A DNA stretch of 64,000 nt, taken from assembly GCA_030390025.1 (NCBI GenBank), contig CM059432.1, positions 91,142,001 through 91,206,000 on the forward strand. Direction: 5' to 3'. The stretch is from Squalus acanthias (Eukaryota). The position numbers and the translations under genes are program-made. Within the stretch, counting starts at the first letter, position 1. Each line of letters opens with the position of its first letter. Below the pieces are notes generated by a model. It was not told where the DNA came from. It ran no database searches and saw nothing but the letters and a program-made list of their open reading frames with translations. This document shows positions 48,501 through 61,879 of the stretch, piece after piece.

Positions 48501-49174
48501 ATGAACTGCAATATTGCAAGCAATCTACATATTTGTTCTATTGATGCAAATTTAACTGTAGACTTTTGATCAAAACATTTAGCCAAGCAAGAAAAATTAG
48601 AGCATTTCCTAAATGGGAGGGGTGGAGTTGGGGGTGGTGGGGGTGGGGGCACGGGAGCAATGCAGATTTTACAGACTTACCAGTGTTTGATTCTAGTGGC
48701 ACTATTCTGATCAGACTACGGTAATATCAGGTTGTAACCAAGTTCAGCATTTCTAAGATTCAGTTCTTCTGTACAATAATATGTTCCTGATGACTGTTGT
48801 GCAGTCTATTTGAAGATTAAATTGAAGGAATTATGTATTTTACTTGTAAATAATAATTTGTCTAAAGAAGAATTATATCAGAAATTCATGTAAATTACCA
48901 TTGCGTTACTACAAACTTCTCTTGAAACTTCCAGTTGAAACATTTTCAGATTTCAGCACAGTGGGTAAGATACAATCAATGGTCCATTCACCATGATAGT
49001 AAGAGTAACAGCCAGCAGTTCTTTAACACACAATCTACTGCAACTTCTGCATGACTACCTGGGATTTACAGCCAATGGCCCTGAATTTCTTTGATGTCTA
49101 TTGCGCTTTTATTGTGCTGGAAAGTTACACCGTTCACCAGCAGAGGGAGTTGCACGCAGGTTTCCTGGGTACAG

Positions 49175-50183
49175 GCTGCCCTTTGGCGACATCATCCGAA
49201 AGCACAGCATAAATTTCCGCATATACGCTGTTGACACCCAGCTCTACCTCACTACCACTTCTCTCGATCCCTCCACAGTCTCTAAATTGTCAGACTGCTT
49301 GTCCAACATTCAGTTCTAGATGAGCAGAAATTTTCTCCAATTAAATCTTGGGAAGACCGAAGCCATTGTTTTCGGTCCCCGCCACAAACTCCGTTCCCTA
49401 ACCACTGACTGCAACCCTCTCCCTAACATCTGTCTGAGGCTGAATCACACTGTTCGCAACCTTGGTGTCATATTTGACCCTGAAATGAGCTTCCGACCAC
49501 ATATCCGCGGCATAACTAAGACTGCCTATATCCACCTCCATAGCATCGCCCGTCTCCGCCCTTGCCTCAGCTCATCCGCTGCTGAAACCCTCATCCATGC
49601 CTTTGTTACCTCTAGACTTGACTATTCTCATGCACTCTGGTTGGCCTCCCATATTCTACCCTACATAAACTTGTCATCTAAAACTCGGATGCCTGTATCC
49701 TAACTTGCACCAAGTCCCGTTCACCCATCACCCCTGTGCTCGCTGACCTACATTGGCTCCTGGTTAAGCAATGCCTCAATTTCAAAATTCTCATCCTTGT
49801 TTTCAAATCCCTCCATGGCTTCGCTCTTCCCTAGCTCTGTAATCCCCTTCAGCTCCACAATCCCCCCCACCCAGAGATATCTGCGCTCCTCTAATTCTGC
49901 CCTCTTGAGCATCCCTGATTATAATTGCTCAACCTTTGGTGGCCGTGCCTTCTGTTGCCTAGGTCCTAAGCTCTGGAATTCCCTGCCTAAACCTCTCCGC
50001 CTTTCTTTCCTCCTTTAAGACGCTCCTTAAAACCTACATCTTTGACCAAGCGTTTGGTCATCTGCCCTAATTTCTCCTTATGTGGCTCGGTGTCAAATTT
50101 TTTGTCTTATAATACTCCGGTGAAGCGCCTTGGGAAGTTTTACTACGTTAAAAGCGCTATATAAATACAAGTAGTTATTGTTG
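49175..50183 (+). mobile_element. L2 LINE 3' end
   Basis: YAVDTQLY (YADD-like), NFLQLN.GKTE, VRNLGVIFD, AFVTSRLDY and a TTG tail. Confidence 0.92.
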
Positions 50184-51119
50184 TAAGTTAATTTGCATAT
50201 GATTTGGTGTAAATTCTAGTGTAATTGTGTTCTGAAAACACAGTGAGCAGGTTAGGCCCCAGGAAACTTCAGTGTAGAAGCAGCACAGCCTCTGTAAAGA
50301 CTTGGAGACAGCAAGGGGAAGCTGCAGAGACTCTTTCCTTGATCCCTTTGCATTTTATCCATTCAGGGCATCTCTCACTCTCGTCTAAAGTGCCTCTTGC
50401 CAGAACCATGAGCAGTCACAGGACAGTAGTCGACAGGGCAACATCTCCTTAAAGGGCTGTGAATTTTTCACAGGAAGACCTGCAAGCTCTCCTGGAAGAG
50501 GTGAAAGACAGGAGGGACAGACTCCTGGGAGTACCAGGCAGCAAGCCATCCAGGAGTGTCAGTCTTACTGGCTGGAGGGAGGTAGTCCGCCCAGAGAGTC
50601 CACGCCAATGTTTTCTGCCATGCCACCTTATTGTCCTCGCCCCCACGCACAGCTGTTCTTCCTCCTAATCCATAAGGATGGATTAGAGAAGTATGCCCAT
50701 GTGGAATACCATACTTTCTTCAAAGTCATTCTGAGTATGCGGGGTGCCCCGTGGTGGGGAAGTTGAGGGGGGGGGGGGTAATTGAAAAATGAATGGGTGG
50801 GTGAGACTGTAGCACTAGGGGGGCGGGGGAGGGGTGCTCAAGTGTAAGTCTATGATAAGCTGTGATAAGACAGGTTGTAAAAAATGTCTGTGAAGCCAGA
50901 AGATGAAGAGAAGTCATGAATTCGATGCTGAAGAGAATCCAGTTGTGGCAGTGGAAGATGCCTATTCAGCTCTTGGCTTCAAGCACCATACCAGCCAAAA
51001 GTAAGAATACTGTGGGGTCAACCGTAACTTGAATAGAGACTGCATAATAGGGAATCAGCCAAATATCCATTTTATTAACTGAAGAAGAAATAACTGAAAA
51101 GTAAATGGAAATAGAAAAT

Positions 51120-51618
51120 GAACTAGCGAGGGTACAGGGGAGATGTACGAGGATGTTGCCAGGACGAGAGAATTTTAGCTATGAGGAAAGATTGGATAGG
51201 CTGGGGTTGTTTTCTTTGGAACAGAGGAGGCTGAGGGGAGACTTGATTGAGGTGTATAAAATTATGAGGGGCCTGGATAGAGTAGATAGGAAGGACCTAT
51301 TTCCCTTAGCAAAGAGGTCAATAACCAGGGGGCATAGATTTAAAGTAATTGGTAGAAGGATTAGAGGAGAGTTGAGGAGAACTTTTTTCACCCAGAGGGT
51401 GGTGGGGGTCTGGAACTCACTGCCTGAAAGGGTGGTAGAGGCAGAAACCCTCATCGCATTTAAAATGTACTTGGATATGCACTTGAAGAGCCGTAAACTA
51501 CAAGGCTACGGACCAAGAGCTGGAAAGTGGGATTAGTCTGGATAACTCTTTTTTATAGCTGGCGCAGACACAATGGGGCGAATGGCTTCCTTCTGCGCCG
51601 TAAATTTCGATGATTCTA
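51120..51618 (+). mobile_element. CR1 LINE 3' end
   Basis: SYEERLDRLGLFSLEQRRLRGDLIEVYKI..FFTQRVV..WNSLP and a GGGCGAATGG tail. Confidence 0.9.
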
Positions 51619-53311
51619 ACTCAGCAAGTAAAGTTTATGGAATCTTCAAAGCTCTCAAACACTTTACTTCTACCTGGATCAGGTGACTGGGGGAGTGGCT
51701 ATATCGGTTTTATATGGATCGAGGTAACAGAGTGCAATAATGGTGTAAAAGCACCCGGTGAGTGGCACACTTATGCAAATGAGCCCCACAAGGCTTGGGC
51801 GCAGAAATCGTCAAAACTGTCAAAAAGATTGAGGAAATTCACCTTTAGGGCATTACGTCGCTTATGCATTGTTAATGCACCAGTTTCCTCGATTTTTTTT
51901 AAGCGCAAATACAGCGTGACAATGGCTTAACTGATGAAGATAGTGAGGAAATCCAGGGCCAATACCTTTTTCGAGTTAAGCTGACCCCTTAACTGAATCA
52001 TTTAGCAGGTTTACTCTAGAATAGCTTGTCCCAACATTTTTCAGAGAGGGTGACATGAATTTACTGAGGTTGAATTATATATTTTCTGTATGTTGATTTG
52101 AAATCAAAATGAAATTGCATGGGAGCTCAAGGGACTCCAGTAACTCATTGTTCAACAACATATTTATAGCACTCCTGAAACCAATGTATCGGGTTTTTTT
52201 TATTTTTGGAAATGTATTTTGCCTTTGATCCGATTTGATTTTTGTATGCTTTTTGCATTGACTGCAGTGTGATACTCATTGGCTTTCATTGTGCAAGGCT
52301 ATAACTATTTAAATGAAGCTTGATGAGACTTAAACCCTGCTTCTGTAATATTGCCATCATGGAGCTGGGGCACATTTTTTGCCTGAAGTACCAACAGGGT
52401 CATTCTTCTTGACATTTCATAAATTGTTTTAGTCATATTAAGGATTTAAGGAATAATAGTTCTTTTTTGGTAAGATTTCCAAACATAGAATTTGAATTAA
52501 CCCAAAATAGTTTGATTCGGGTTATTTAAGATCATTCATTAGCAAGCAACGCCAATATGGAACCAGAACTGTGTTTGTAATAGCATTACTTTCCCCGCAT
52601 TGATCGTGACACTTACAAAAAAATGATAATTGTCTCAAAACACAGTTACTGTTATCTTGCACACGTGTTCCAAATAAAAAGTTCATGGCTTCAATACACA
52701 ACAAAAAATCTTTTCAGAGCATGGCTAAAGCACAATTGTGGCACAATCCATACAAAAGAGTGTTACTGAAAAACATAAAATAGGGCATATTTATGGCCTT
52801 CGGTAATTTTTTAGCAGTTGGATATGATTATAGTGATGCACAGAATCAGTCCGCTTTACATAAAGGCTTATACAGAACTATAGCTGCACATTTCATTTTC
52901 AGTTTCCATTTCCTCTTTTGCACAGATTTTACCCAAACACTATTTTTCTCATTCTGAAAACATACAAGATGCGCAGCAGTCAACAAGTATGAATGGCAAA
53001 CCAATACTGGAGTTGTATTTGGGCTGTCCTACATTCCATGCCTGGATTGTTTCTTCTGGTGCATAAATTAAACTTGAACTGTGTGGAGCTGACAAAAGTG
53101 GAAGCACACATCTCCTCTCCTGCTGGCAACTGATTATTTTGGATCTCAAATATTCTATTGATAATTAGAACAGTTAATTAAATATTCAGGTACACCAAGT
53201 CAAAGATGACACAGCTTTCTGGGTAAATGTACATTCAGTGTCTAATACAGTAATGTGTCAAGGTCATGCTGGATAAACATGAACGTGGTTAGATTACATT
53301 ATTCAGCTAAT

Positions 53312-54076
53312 GGCCCGAAAATTAGACCTAATACGCGAGAGTACGCACTGTGTACTCTCGCGTTTTAGGTCTCCAATTGCCGGTTTCCTGCATGCACTGC
53401 GCATGCGCGGGAAACCGGCACTTCATGAATTAAAAAGGGGGCGGTTCCTAAGTGAACCGCGTGCGCGCTACAGGCTGCGCGCACGCAGTGCACTTAGTTA
53501 TTTTTGCAGCTTTGAACACGCAGGTAAGCATGGAAGATTTTACACATGAAGAAAGGAGGCGTAAGACCCTCTTTTAACAAGGTAAGTAGTTAATTAAGTA
53601 TTATTTTACATTTTTTTCAACAGGTTTATCTTTTTTAGAGACTTTAAAGAAAGGTAAGTTTATTTTTATAACTTTTAAAAAGATTTTAAATTTTTTCAAA
53701 AATTAAATTTTTTGTTTAAAGTGGTTAATTTATTTAACTATACTTATTTTATTAATGTGATGGCTTTTTAAAAAAAATTAATTGAGGTTTAGCTGTTCTT
53801 TTGGGGGGGTGTAGGATTCATAGCTTTGACAGCTCTTGCTGTGAAAACTATGAATGAAAGATGGTGTGCTGCCATTGGCTCTAACTGAATCACGTGATCC
53901 CAGAGCTCGCATGAACTAATTGCGTCTCTGGGTCACGCAAGCACTGCACAGCTGCATGTGGGACTGGCCTTGAAACTAAAGTTCGTGTGGGCCCGGAGGA
54001 AAAAGATAGGCGCGGAGTGAGATATCGCGGGGAAGCCTTACCCCCACGCGAACACTCACTGTTTAATTTCTGGGCC
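53312..54076. mobile_element. Harbinger-type MITE, family G
   Basis: GGCCCGAAAATTA ... TAATTTCTGGGCC with AAT/AAA flanks. Close copy of 16926-17667. Confidence 0.9.
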
Positions 54077-54992
54077 AAAATATTAATTATCCAATGATTA
54101 AACCAGTATTTATTTTGTTACTTAATCGTGTTGCTTGTGCTTCATGGAACAGGAATTGAATAATACTAAACTGTGCTTTGCTTATGAGGAGCAGATTAAT
54201 GGCAAATTGCTTCAATTGTAGTAATGATTAATTTGCATCTTAACAGAAATAATTGATATGTTCCGTAATTTTCTCAAAGCTGCTCCATTGCCATAATTTC
54301 ACTGGAAGTTTGGCTTAACCTGGGTTTTCGCCACACTTTAGTTGAAGTTGCAGTGATGGAGCGGGAGCAGCTCAGAGGAAGTTCCAGGCCCCATTGTGTA
54401 GGCACTTACGGGGCATAAATACATCGGACTTTCTGCCGCCGCACCGCTGTAACGTCATCGGAAGTCTGGCAGGAATCAAACGAAGTTACGGCGGCGCAGC
54501 AACAGAATGTCTGAGGAAATTCAGGGCCACAGTTTTAGTAATGTTGATCAGAAGCACAACATCCAAACCAGACTAGAGAGCCCAACATAAACTGTACTAT
54601 TTATTTTATACTCAAAGTGAAGGAGGTCAATGCCATAACATGGAAAATATCTTCATTTTTCAACCCAATATCAGCATCAAGCCACTCCTCGCTTAAATTT
54701 TTAGCACATATTAGGTGCACTTCAAATCTCCTGCTAGATTGCTTCAAGTTTGTTCTTTAACCCCAACTTTATGCGTCCCTTGCACCAGTGACCATTTTCC
54801 CTATCCTTGCCATTCTTATGGCCTGAGTTAGCTTACCCAATTATTGATCATTAATGCTGAGTCAGTTTGCACTGTGGACTTCCATCCAATGGGAATTTTG
54901 ACAGAATGTCCAAGCTAATTTACTTAAAAAGCCTTAACAGCCAGTGGAGTCAAGAATTTTCATCGTATTATTCCAAGTTAAATTTAAACCAA

Positions 54993-57765
54993 GGCTGCAA
55001 TTTTGCCATAAGAGGCGGGTTGGCTGGTTGGCGGATTCCGGTCCCGCTGCCGGTTTCAGCCACACTGAAATAATTATTTTGCCTTAACTGGGCTTATTAA
55101 GCCCACCGTGCGCATTACCCGGCCCAATCAGTGGGTTCGGGTCTGCTGCTCACCTCTGCTGATGTCTTCAATTCAGTTACATTTAAGGGGCCTTGTGGTT
55201 TTTCATTCACATTCTGCTGCTTCAGTATTACGGATAGCGAGATGACTGCTTCAAGAGCCAAGACTTCTCCCAGATTTGATGATGACTTCCTCCATGCTCT
55301 TGTGGAGGGAGTGAGAGGGCGCAAGGAGGTTCTGTTCCCCTCCAATGGACGTAGAAAGCCTCCTCAGCAAACCAAGGCAGTCTGACTGCAAATTGCTGAG
55401 GAGGTGAGCGCCAGGTCTTTGTGCTCACGCACCTGGGTTCAGTGCAGGAAAAGGTTCAATGATCTGCTACTCTCAACAAAAGTGAGTATAACATCACACT
55501 TACCTTCAATCTGCTTCCCATCTCCTCTCATCACCAGCACTCTGCATTGTCAACCTACTCCTGCACATCCCAACTTACCCTTACATCCCTTGCACCCTTA
55601 ACCATACCTCTCTTTGTACCGAATCACTTCACCATTCTACTATGCACCCCTCACACTCGCTATCGCTGTTATGCAATAGCAACAACTAACAACGTACAGG
55701 GAGGGCCCTTGGTATTGGCACCTCACGCCATCCTTGTCTCCCTCTAAGCATCTATGCTATGGATTCTCTACACTCACTCCAACATTCTCGCTCAACCTCC
55801 ACTTGTGTCCCACATTGCAGGAAAAGAGAGCCCACAATAAGAGGGAGAGGGGGAGGACAGGAGGAGGACCATCTTCTATAGCGCACTTAATCACCACTGA
55901 GGAGGCTGCTATCGAGATCATCGGAGGTGCTGAGGAGCTGGAAGTGGGGGACAGTCAGACGGGCGCAGTAGAGCAAGCTGGTGACAGAATAGATTTGCAA
56001 CCCTCTCATTTGGATTTCATGAGTGACTGATATGGCATCGGATGTTCATACAGATTGAGTTCTAATCATCTGCACAATGGATGTGTCTGCTACGTTAATA
56101 TCACATGTCTAACTCATGCCTTTACTCCCCCACAGGACCATCGAGAGTCCCCCTCCCCACTCTCCAGGAGGAAGAGCCGAAGACTCCTCAGAGGAACCTG
56201 CAGCTCCCGAGGGAGCAGCGTCAGCAGAAATGAGTGCACCCAGCACCAGCGCAGAGGCGCACACCTCGGTGTTTTTTTTGCGAGATAGAGTAGTGTTGTC
56301 ACCTGGTGTATCACAGCTCACAAGTGAGCAAGAGCAGATGGTGGAGACAGGGAAAGCAGTAGAGAGTCCTCGTCAGAGGACGCAGGGCGCTCCTAGCTCT
56401 GCTCAGCTGCATGTAGATGCCGAGCCTCTGGGGTCATCCAGAAAGAGAGCGGTGCTGGAACTTCAGGAACAAGTGCAGGAGGCTCTGAGTAGGTTTGCTT
56501 CCACGGTAACTGCGAGTGTGCAGAGAATGGAGAAGTCCATCTTAAACATTAGCAGTGCCGTGGTGAACGCTATGGGCAATCTAGGTGCCGCCATGGAAAG
56601 GATGGCAACCTCCATGGAGGACCTAACTCGCCAGACACAAGCCAACATGGTGGCTCTTCTAGATAGATGGGCGCCTATGGAGGATAGATGGGCATCTATC
56701 GTGGAGAGGAGCATGGCGTCCCCATTATGAGGACTGTTAGTACAGAGACAGATCCACCGATGTGCAACAAGGTGCTCTCCAGCAACTTGCTAGCAGTGAA
56801 GTGCAGGTGACCCATGAGAGGGACGGTGATGTTCGAGCACAAGGAAGTGGGGGACTCCGCTCCAAGCGCTCACACTCCCTTGCCACTGCTGAACCCTCGG
56901 TCAGAGCCCCATCTGCCTGAGCCAACAGAGATGGCCGAGTCTGCCCCTGCACAGCCGCAGGAGGAGCAGACTTTGACAGGGCCCTCCAAGGCTCCCAAAA
57001 CCAGAGGACGGCCTCCAAAGGCGTCTAAGCAGGGGCAGCAGGGAAGCGGGCAGGCTGCCTCCACATATGCTGAAGCCACAGGGGTCTCACGACGTAGAAG
57101 CATGCGTAAGAGGAAGATGTCATGTTAATAATCACAAGGGTTCTCACTTGGGTGTTATGATAGATTTATTTGTAAAGTTTCTGTTCTTTGCCAATATTGT
57201 AATAAATTGATGACGAACGAAGGTTTGGCATCGTTGCCATCTGTGTGCTGACAATTTGAGGTGGCACAGTTTAGGGTAAGGGCGCCTTTAAAATCCAGCA
57301 ATGCAGGTTACAGTGGATCTATTGTGCACAACACATACTTGCAGCCTAAACACAGAATATACCCCCCAAATTATTCAATCACCAACCTCACAGATTTCTA
57401 AATGACCAGATTTGAGAGTGCAGCTTTTACACTGCAGTTGCAGCTGTGAAGTCTCCAGCTCACTGGTGTTCACGCCACACTTACCTGGCGTGTTGTTGGA
57501 ACATCATGAAACCCAACCCAGAAGCTGGAAAATCTAAAAACCCTGTGAAAATAGCTCTAAAGTACCACTTAATAGGCAGTTAAGTGCCTTTAATCCCTTC
57601 CCCGCCGCTTGGTGTCAGGTTAGTTTGCAAATCAGAGACCCGACATTCGGGAAAGATGCGTGGAGGTGGGATCACAGCGGGTTCGGAATCCGCTGTCAAT
57701 CATTGCGAATGTAACCTCTGACCCGCCTCCAATCCCGCCCTTTGAGCGCCGGCAAAATTCCAGCC
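54993..57765. mobile_element. Harbinger derivative with a Myb gene only (no transposase remnant seen)
   Basis: TIR GGCTGCAATTTT / AAAATTCCAGCC (11/12) with CAA/TAA flanks. Confidence 0.88.
55242..57128 (+). pseudogene. Three-exon Myb/SANT gene (55242-55481, 55821-55980, 56136-57128)
   Basis: Exon sizes 240 and 160 nt, with GT-AG sites matching the 37049-39045 gene. TGG>TGA at 55383-85 and frameshifts in exon 3. Confidence 0.88.
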
Positions 57766-57971
57766 TAAGATCCCACAGGCAAAAGGATGATGTTCCAATC
57801 TATTGTGTCACATAGCCACTAATAATTTTAGCTTAAGAAGTTCTCCAAACTTTAAAATATTTAGACAGGTATGGACAGCAATATTATTCATGAAACCAAG
57901 GCTCTTGCTATATTAAAGCTAACGCCATCGGACCCAGAATGTTAAATATTGGAGCAAGTTTTGCAATCAGC

Positions 57972-58789
57972 GGGGGTAGTTTTAACCACAAAGAAAGGGG
58001 TGGGTTGATGTCAGGTAGGAGGTTAAAATTAAAAAAATCTCAAACCCGACTCCAACCCGCCCACTTCCGGTTTTAACGGAGGTGGGATTGGGGGGGGGTG
58101 GGTGGGGGAGGAGGGCAGGGTGGGGGCAGGCAACCAACCTGCTCTCAGGAGGCTGGTTGGCCATTTAAATATTATAATAAGGCTGTGTGCCTCATACTTA
58201 ACCTGTCTCCCAGGTTTAACACAGGCTGGCCGGGTTTCCTGGGCCTCGGGAAATCTGGCAGCTAAAGGGAGGTGAGGACAGCTTTGTGGAAAAAGTAATG
58301 GCCTTTATAGCACTGCTTGTGGGCCAGGAGGAACAGGAGTGCGTCATCCCGGCCAACCAAGCTTACCTGCTTCTCTGCCCAGCATTGTACCCTTCCCCCC
58401 GCCCCCCTTCACCCACGATCCAAAGACCCTTTCTTCCGCAATCAGATCTCTGGGGATTGGATCCGCCCCGGGATCGGGGATCGGATCCCTCTCAGATCAG
58501 CAACCACTCCCCCCCCTGCCTCCCAAGATCAGGACACCTCCCAACATGCTCCCACTAACCCAGCTACAGGCTCCCTACCCGATCCTGGCCTGCGGCCTTT
58601 TCCGGGGCGTTCCCGCCTGACGGGGAGCCAAGCCTGTCAATCTGGCTGGCTCCCTGTCTGGGAACCTGCTGGAAAAAAAAATGCACGGTCAAAACTTGAC
58701 AGCATGCGGGGGAAATCTAGACTTTCACTTTTTCCAAACAAAACTCCTCCCCGCTGCTCACAGAATCCACCCTAGTCAAGATAGGGGCC
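57972..58789. mobile_element. Harbinger-type MITE related to 30051-31168
   Basis: First about 340 bp are colinear with 30051-30390. AGC/AGT flanks. Confidence 0.7.
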
Positions 58790-59502
58790 AGTGTCGCTGT
58801 AATGCTTCAAATGAAAGCATTGGGTTGAAGATGTGGAGTTGTATATCATGTAACACAAACGCCTTAAAAAAGGGAATAACGGAGAATGGAAATAAGTATT
58901 TAGTTTTGTTTATGAGTTCCATAAATATAGTGGCAAGACCAGGTTGGGCGCTGACAGTCATTAGAAAGAGTGGATGAATGTTGGAGAGGTTTAGGTATGT
59001 TTGGATATAGGCTGACAGTGGCCATTTTCAAAAAGGCAACAAAAAAACCCAGGCAACTATAAAGCATTAGCCTTACATCATAAAATAATGGAATCATTAT
59101 GGAGTAAGCTTGCCAATGGTCACGACATTGACTGAAATGCAGGAAGCAGCAGGTTTTTGTTAGAGGAGCTACGTCAGGATGGGGGAAGTGCGGAATGGCA
59201 AGCCCCAGGCAATATTGCTGGGATTCACAGTTTTTAATTTACATTTAATGACTTTAATTCAGAAGCTCAATGCAACCTGGGCAAGTTCACAGGCAATATC
59301 ACACTAGAAGGAGCAATTGAATCTGAGGAGGTAGCCCAGAAATTACAAAATTACTCCACAAAATGTAAATGTTTGTAGAACAATAGCAAGTAAAGTTATA
59401 AATTACAGCATGTACGAAGAAAAAAATGGTACCGATACCCCTTGAATAGTATTGAAATAGAGAAGGATAAGTTTAGAGTCTGAGCAGTCTTCAACATTCA
59501 AT

Positions 59503-59594
59503 GGGGGCTAAATTGGTGTTCCATGAAAAAGAAAATAGAGTGCAATGTAAAACAGGTTGCCAAGTCACTACTGGCGAAGTCCAATTTCACCCCC
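59503..59594. mobile_element. 92-bp miniature TIR element
   Basis: GGGGGCTAAATTGG / CCAATTTCACCCCC (12/14) with AAT/AAC flanks. Confidence 0.55.
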
Positions 59595-61166
59595 AACAAG
59601 GGTCAGTTTGGTCCCACGTAGCTTCTCCAATGTTAAGCTTCGCAATGCGCAAAACTGTAAATAGGCTGCACAGCCCCTTAAAAAAAATTAGGCGGAACAT
59701 TGGAGGGGGCTTCTTCAATTTGACAGTACTGCAGCAGAGCTGCTGGAGTTTGGCAGCATAGGATAATTTGATCTGGCATCTCTGCAGGGGGAACTTGGGT
59801 GGAATATGAGATTTCATGCACTAATGGATTCCTCGTGTCTGTCAGCAGTGACGAGAGGGGCAGGGCATGAACTTGACAGCTGTGTGTAGGTGGGATCCCA
59901 TGTCTAGCAGAATTTATTTGTGATATCTAGGTCACCTCTGTAAACATTGAATTTATTGTTTTGTAATTGGTTCCTGAATGTGTATTTTTGTGTCTGTAAC
60001 TATGTTGCACTCTCTCTTTTGTTCTCTCGCTCTCTCTATATGTAATACAATGTAAACATTCTAATAACTATCAAGAAAAGACAGGTGACAAGTAGAGCTT
60101 TTAAAACTCATTTGTTTTTCAGTTTGAAAAAAGTAACTCAAATTAAGATGAGGAAAGACATTCTCCCGTGTATGTGTGTTTGTCTCTGTCACTGTGTCTC
60201 TCTGTATATTAGAATGCTTATAATTGTTAATTGTCAACAAAACCCAGCTGATAATTAGGTGATAATTAGAGACTGAAAAATACTCAAATTAGAATGAGGG
60301 AAGACACTCTGACCAAGAGATTCCTGGGTTGGGAGAAGATGGAAAAGATTTCTGCTGGGGGGTGGGGGATTAATTTGTGGCAGATATCAGTTCTTTCAGG
60401 ATTCCACTCCATTTAGAATGCTTCTTTAATTACCAGTGTGGGGGATTAAGGCAAATCCTCTCCCCGCCTACCTCCAAGCCAACAGGGTGTGGCTGGGGGA
60501 GCTTCTGGACATCTGCCCATTCTACCCATATAAGGCCTCAACAACTGATGCCTGGTGCAAGTTCTATTAAGCTAGTTTGAACAGCTCCAAACCTTACCCA
60601 GACTTAGGTACTCAATTCCAAAGGGAATCAGTTACAGTTTGTCTGCAGGCATAATAGATGCTGTAGGAGCTGAAGACTTGTGCAGCTATTTTTTCTTCAA
60701 CTGGAAGGGTCTTTGTGCATCTCAGGTGGAATGGCTGACCCCACAAACTCCAGCAGGGTCAGTGCTGAATGACACCACTGGACAATACCAGCAGATGCAA
60801 TGGGACCATGTCCCAAGGAATTCTGGAGCCATTAATTTTAGTAGTCTACACTGGTCTGAATGAGAAACTAAAATGGTAGCCAAAACAATGTGAAGAAATT
60901 ATTTAAGTGATTTGATTTATTATTTTGTGGTACATTGTGGCTTCTGAATGGTAGCTTTGAAATAAACGGATTATCAGTTTTCAAGGGTTACTTGTTCCTC
61001 TTTGGTATTTTTTGCTACCTTTGATTTATTCACAATTGAGGGCCCCGAGTGCCCTCTCAGGTGGACATAAAATTTCCCATGGACACTTTTTGAAAAAGAG
61101 CAGTGGAGTTGTTCTCTTGGTATCCTGGCTAGTATTTATCCTTGAATCAACATCACTAAAAAGATT

Positions 61167-61786
61167 GGAATAGAAATGGGACATCGCTGTGCCAGTTTTA
61201 AGGGCATAAAACAGGCGCAACATGGGCCAATTATGGACACCAATGTCCTATGCACCAAGCACATCTGAAAGACGTCTGATCTGAAATTGGGCCAAATTAT
61301 TTTTCAAGTACTCCTGAAATGTTACTGAGGGGGCTTAATGTCTATCTTAGGATCCCTGGCCAAATTGGGCAGTGTGGAGCAGAGCAGGCTGCTCTGCCAA
61401 GGATCCTTCAGTGGCCACTGTGGCCTAGGCTGCGATTGCCCCTAAAATATCAGTTTAAAAAAAAATCAAGAACCATTCCTGTGGCGCCAGGCGGAGCAGG
61501 AGTACTCTACTGACTCCATACTATCCCTAGTGTACCCCCACCCATTGTCGCTCCATCCCCCCCAAGACTTACCTTCAGCCTACTGCTGGAAAGGCAAGCG
61601 GTTTAAAGGTTAACCATTTAAAATGGGCAAACTGCCTGTGGAGGCATAATAGGCACCGGCAGCTCGCCCAAATAATATTAATGAGGCCCGAGGTCCAATT
61701 TCGGGCCGGTTTTGGGCCTCCCAATTGGGGCATGTGTTCCATGTCCATTTCAGGCATGAAAATGGGCCTGAAGCAATTTCAGCCTC
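61167..61786. mobile_element. Degenerate Harbinger-type MITE in the SINE
   Basis: ATT/ATT TSD (61164-66, 61787-89). Weak TIR ending CAATTTCAGCCTC. Confidence 0.7.
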
Positions 61787-61879
61787 ATTATATGGTCATT
61801 TATCTCAGTTGCAGTTTGTGCAACCTTGCTATTCACAGATTGGTTGCCATGTTTCCCACATTACAGCAGTGACTATATA

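Larger units (their letters stand above)
49077..51960. mobile_element. Old Harbinger derivative carrying L2 and CR1 insertions
   Basis: TIR GGCCCTGAATTTC / GAAATCCAGGGCC (12/13) and an AAT/AAT TSD. Myb remnant NFSQEDLQALLEEVKDRRDRLLG near 50460. Confidence 0.78.
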
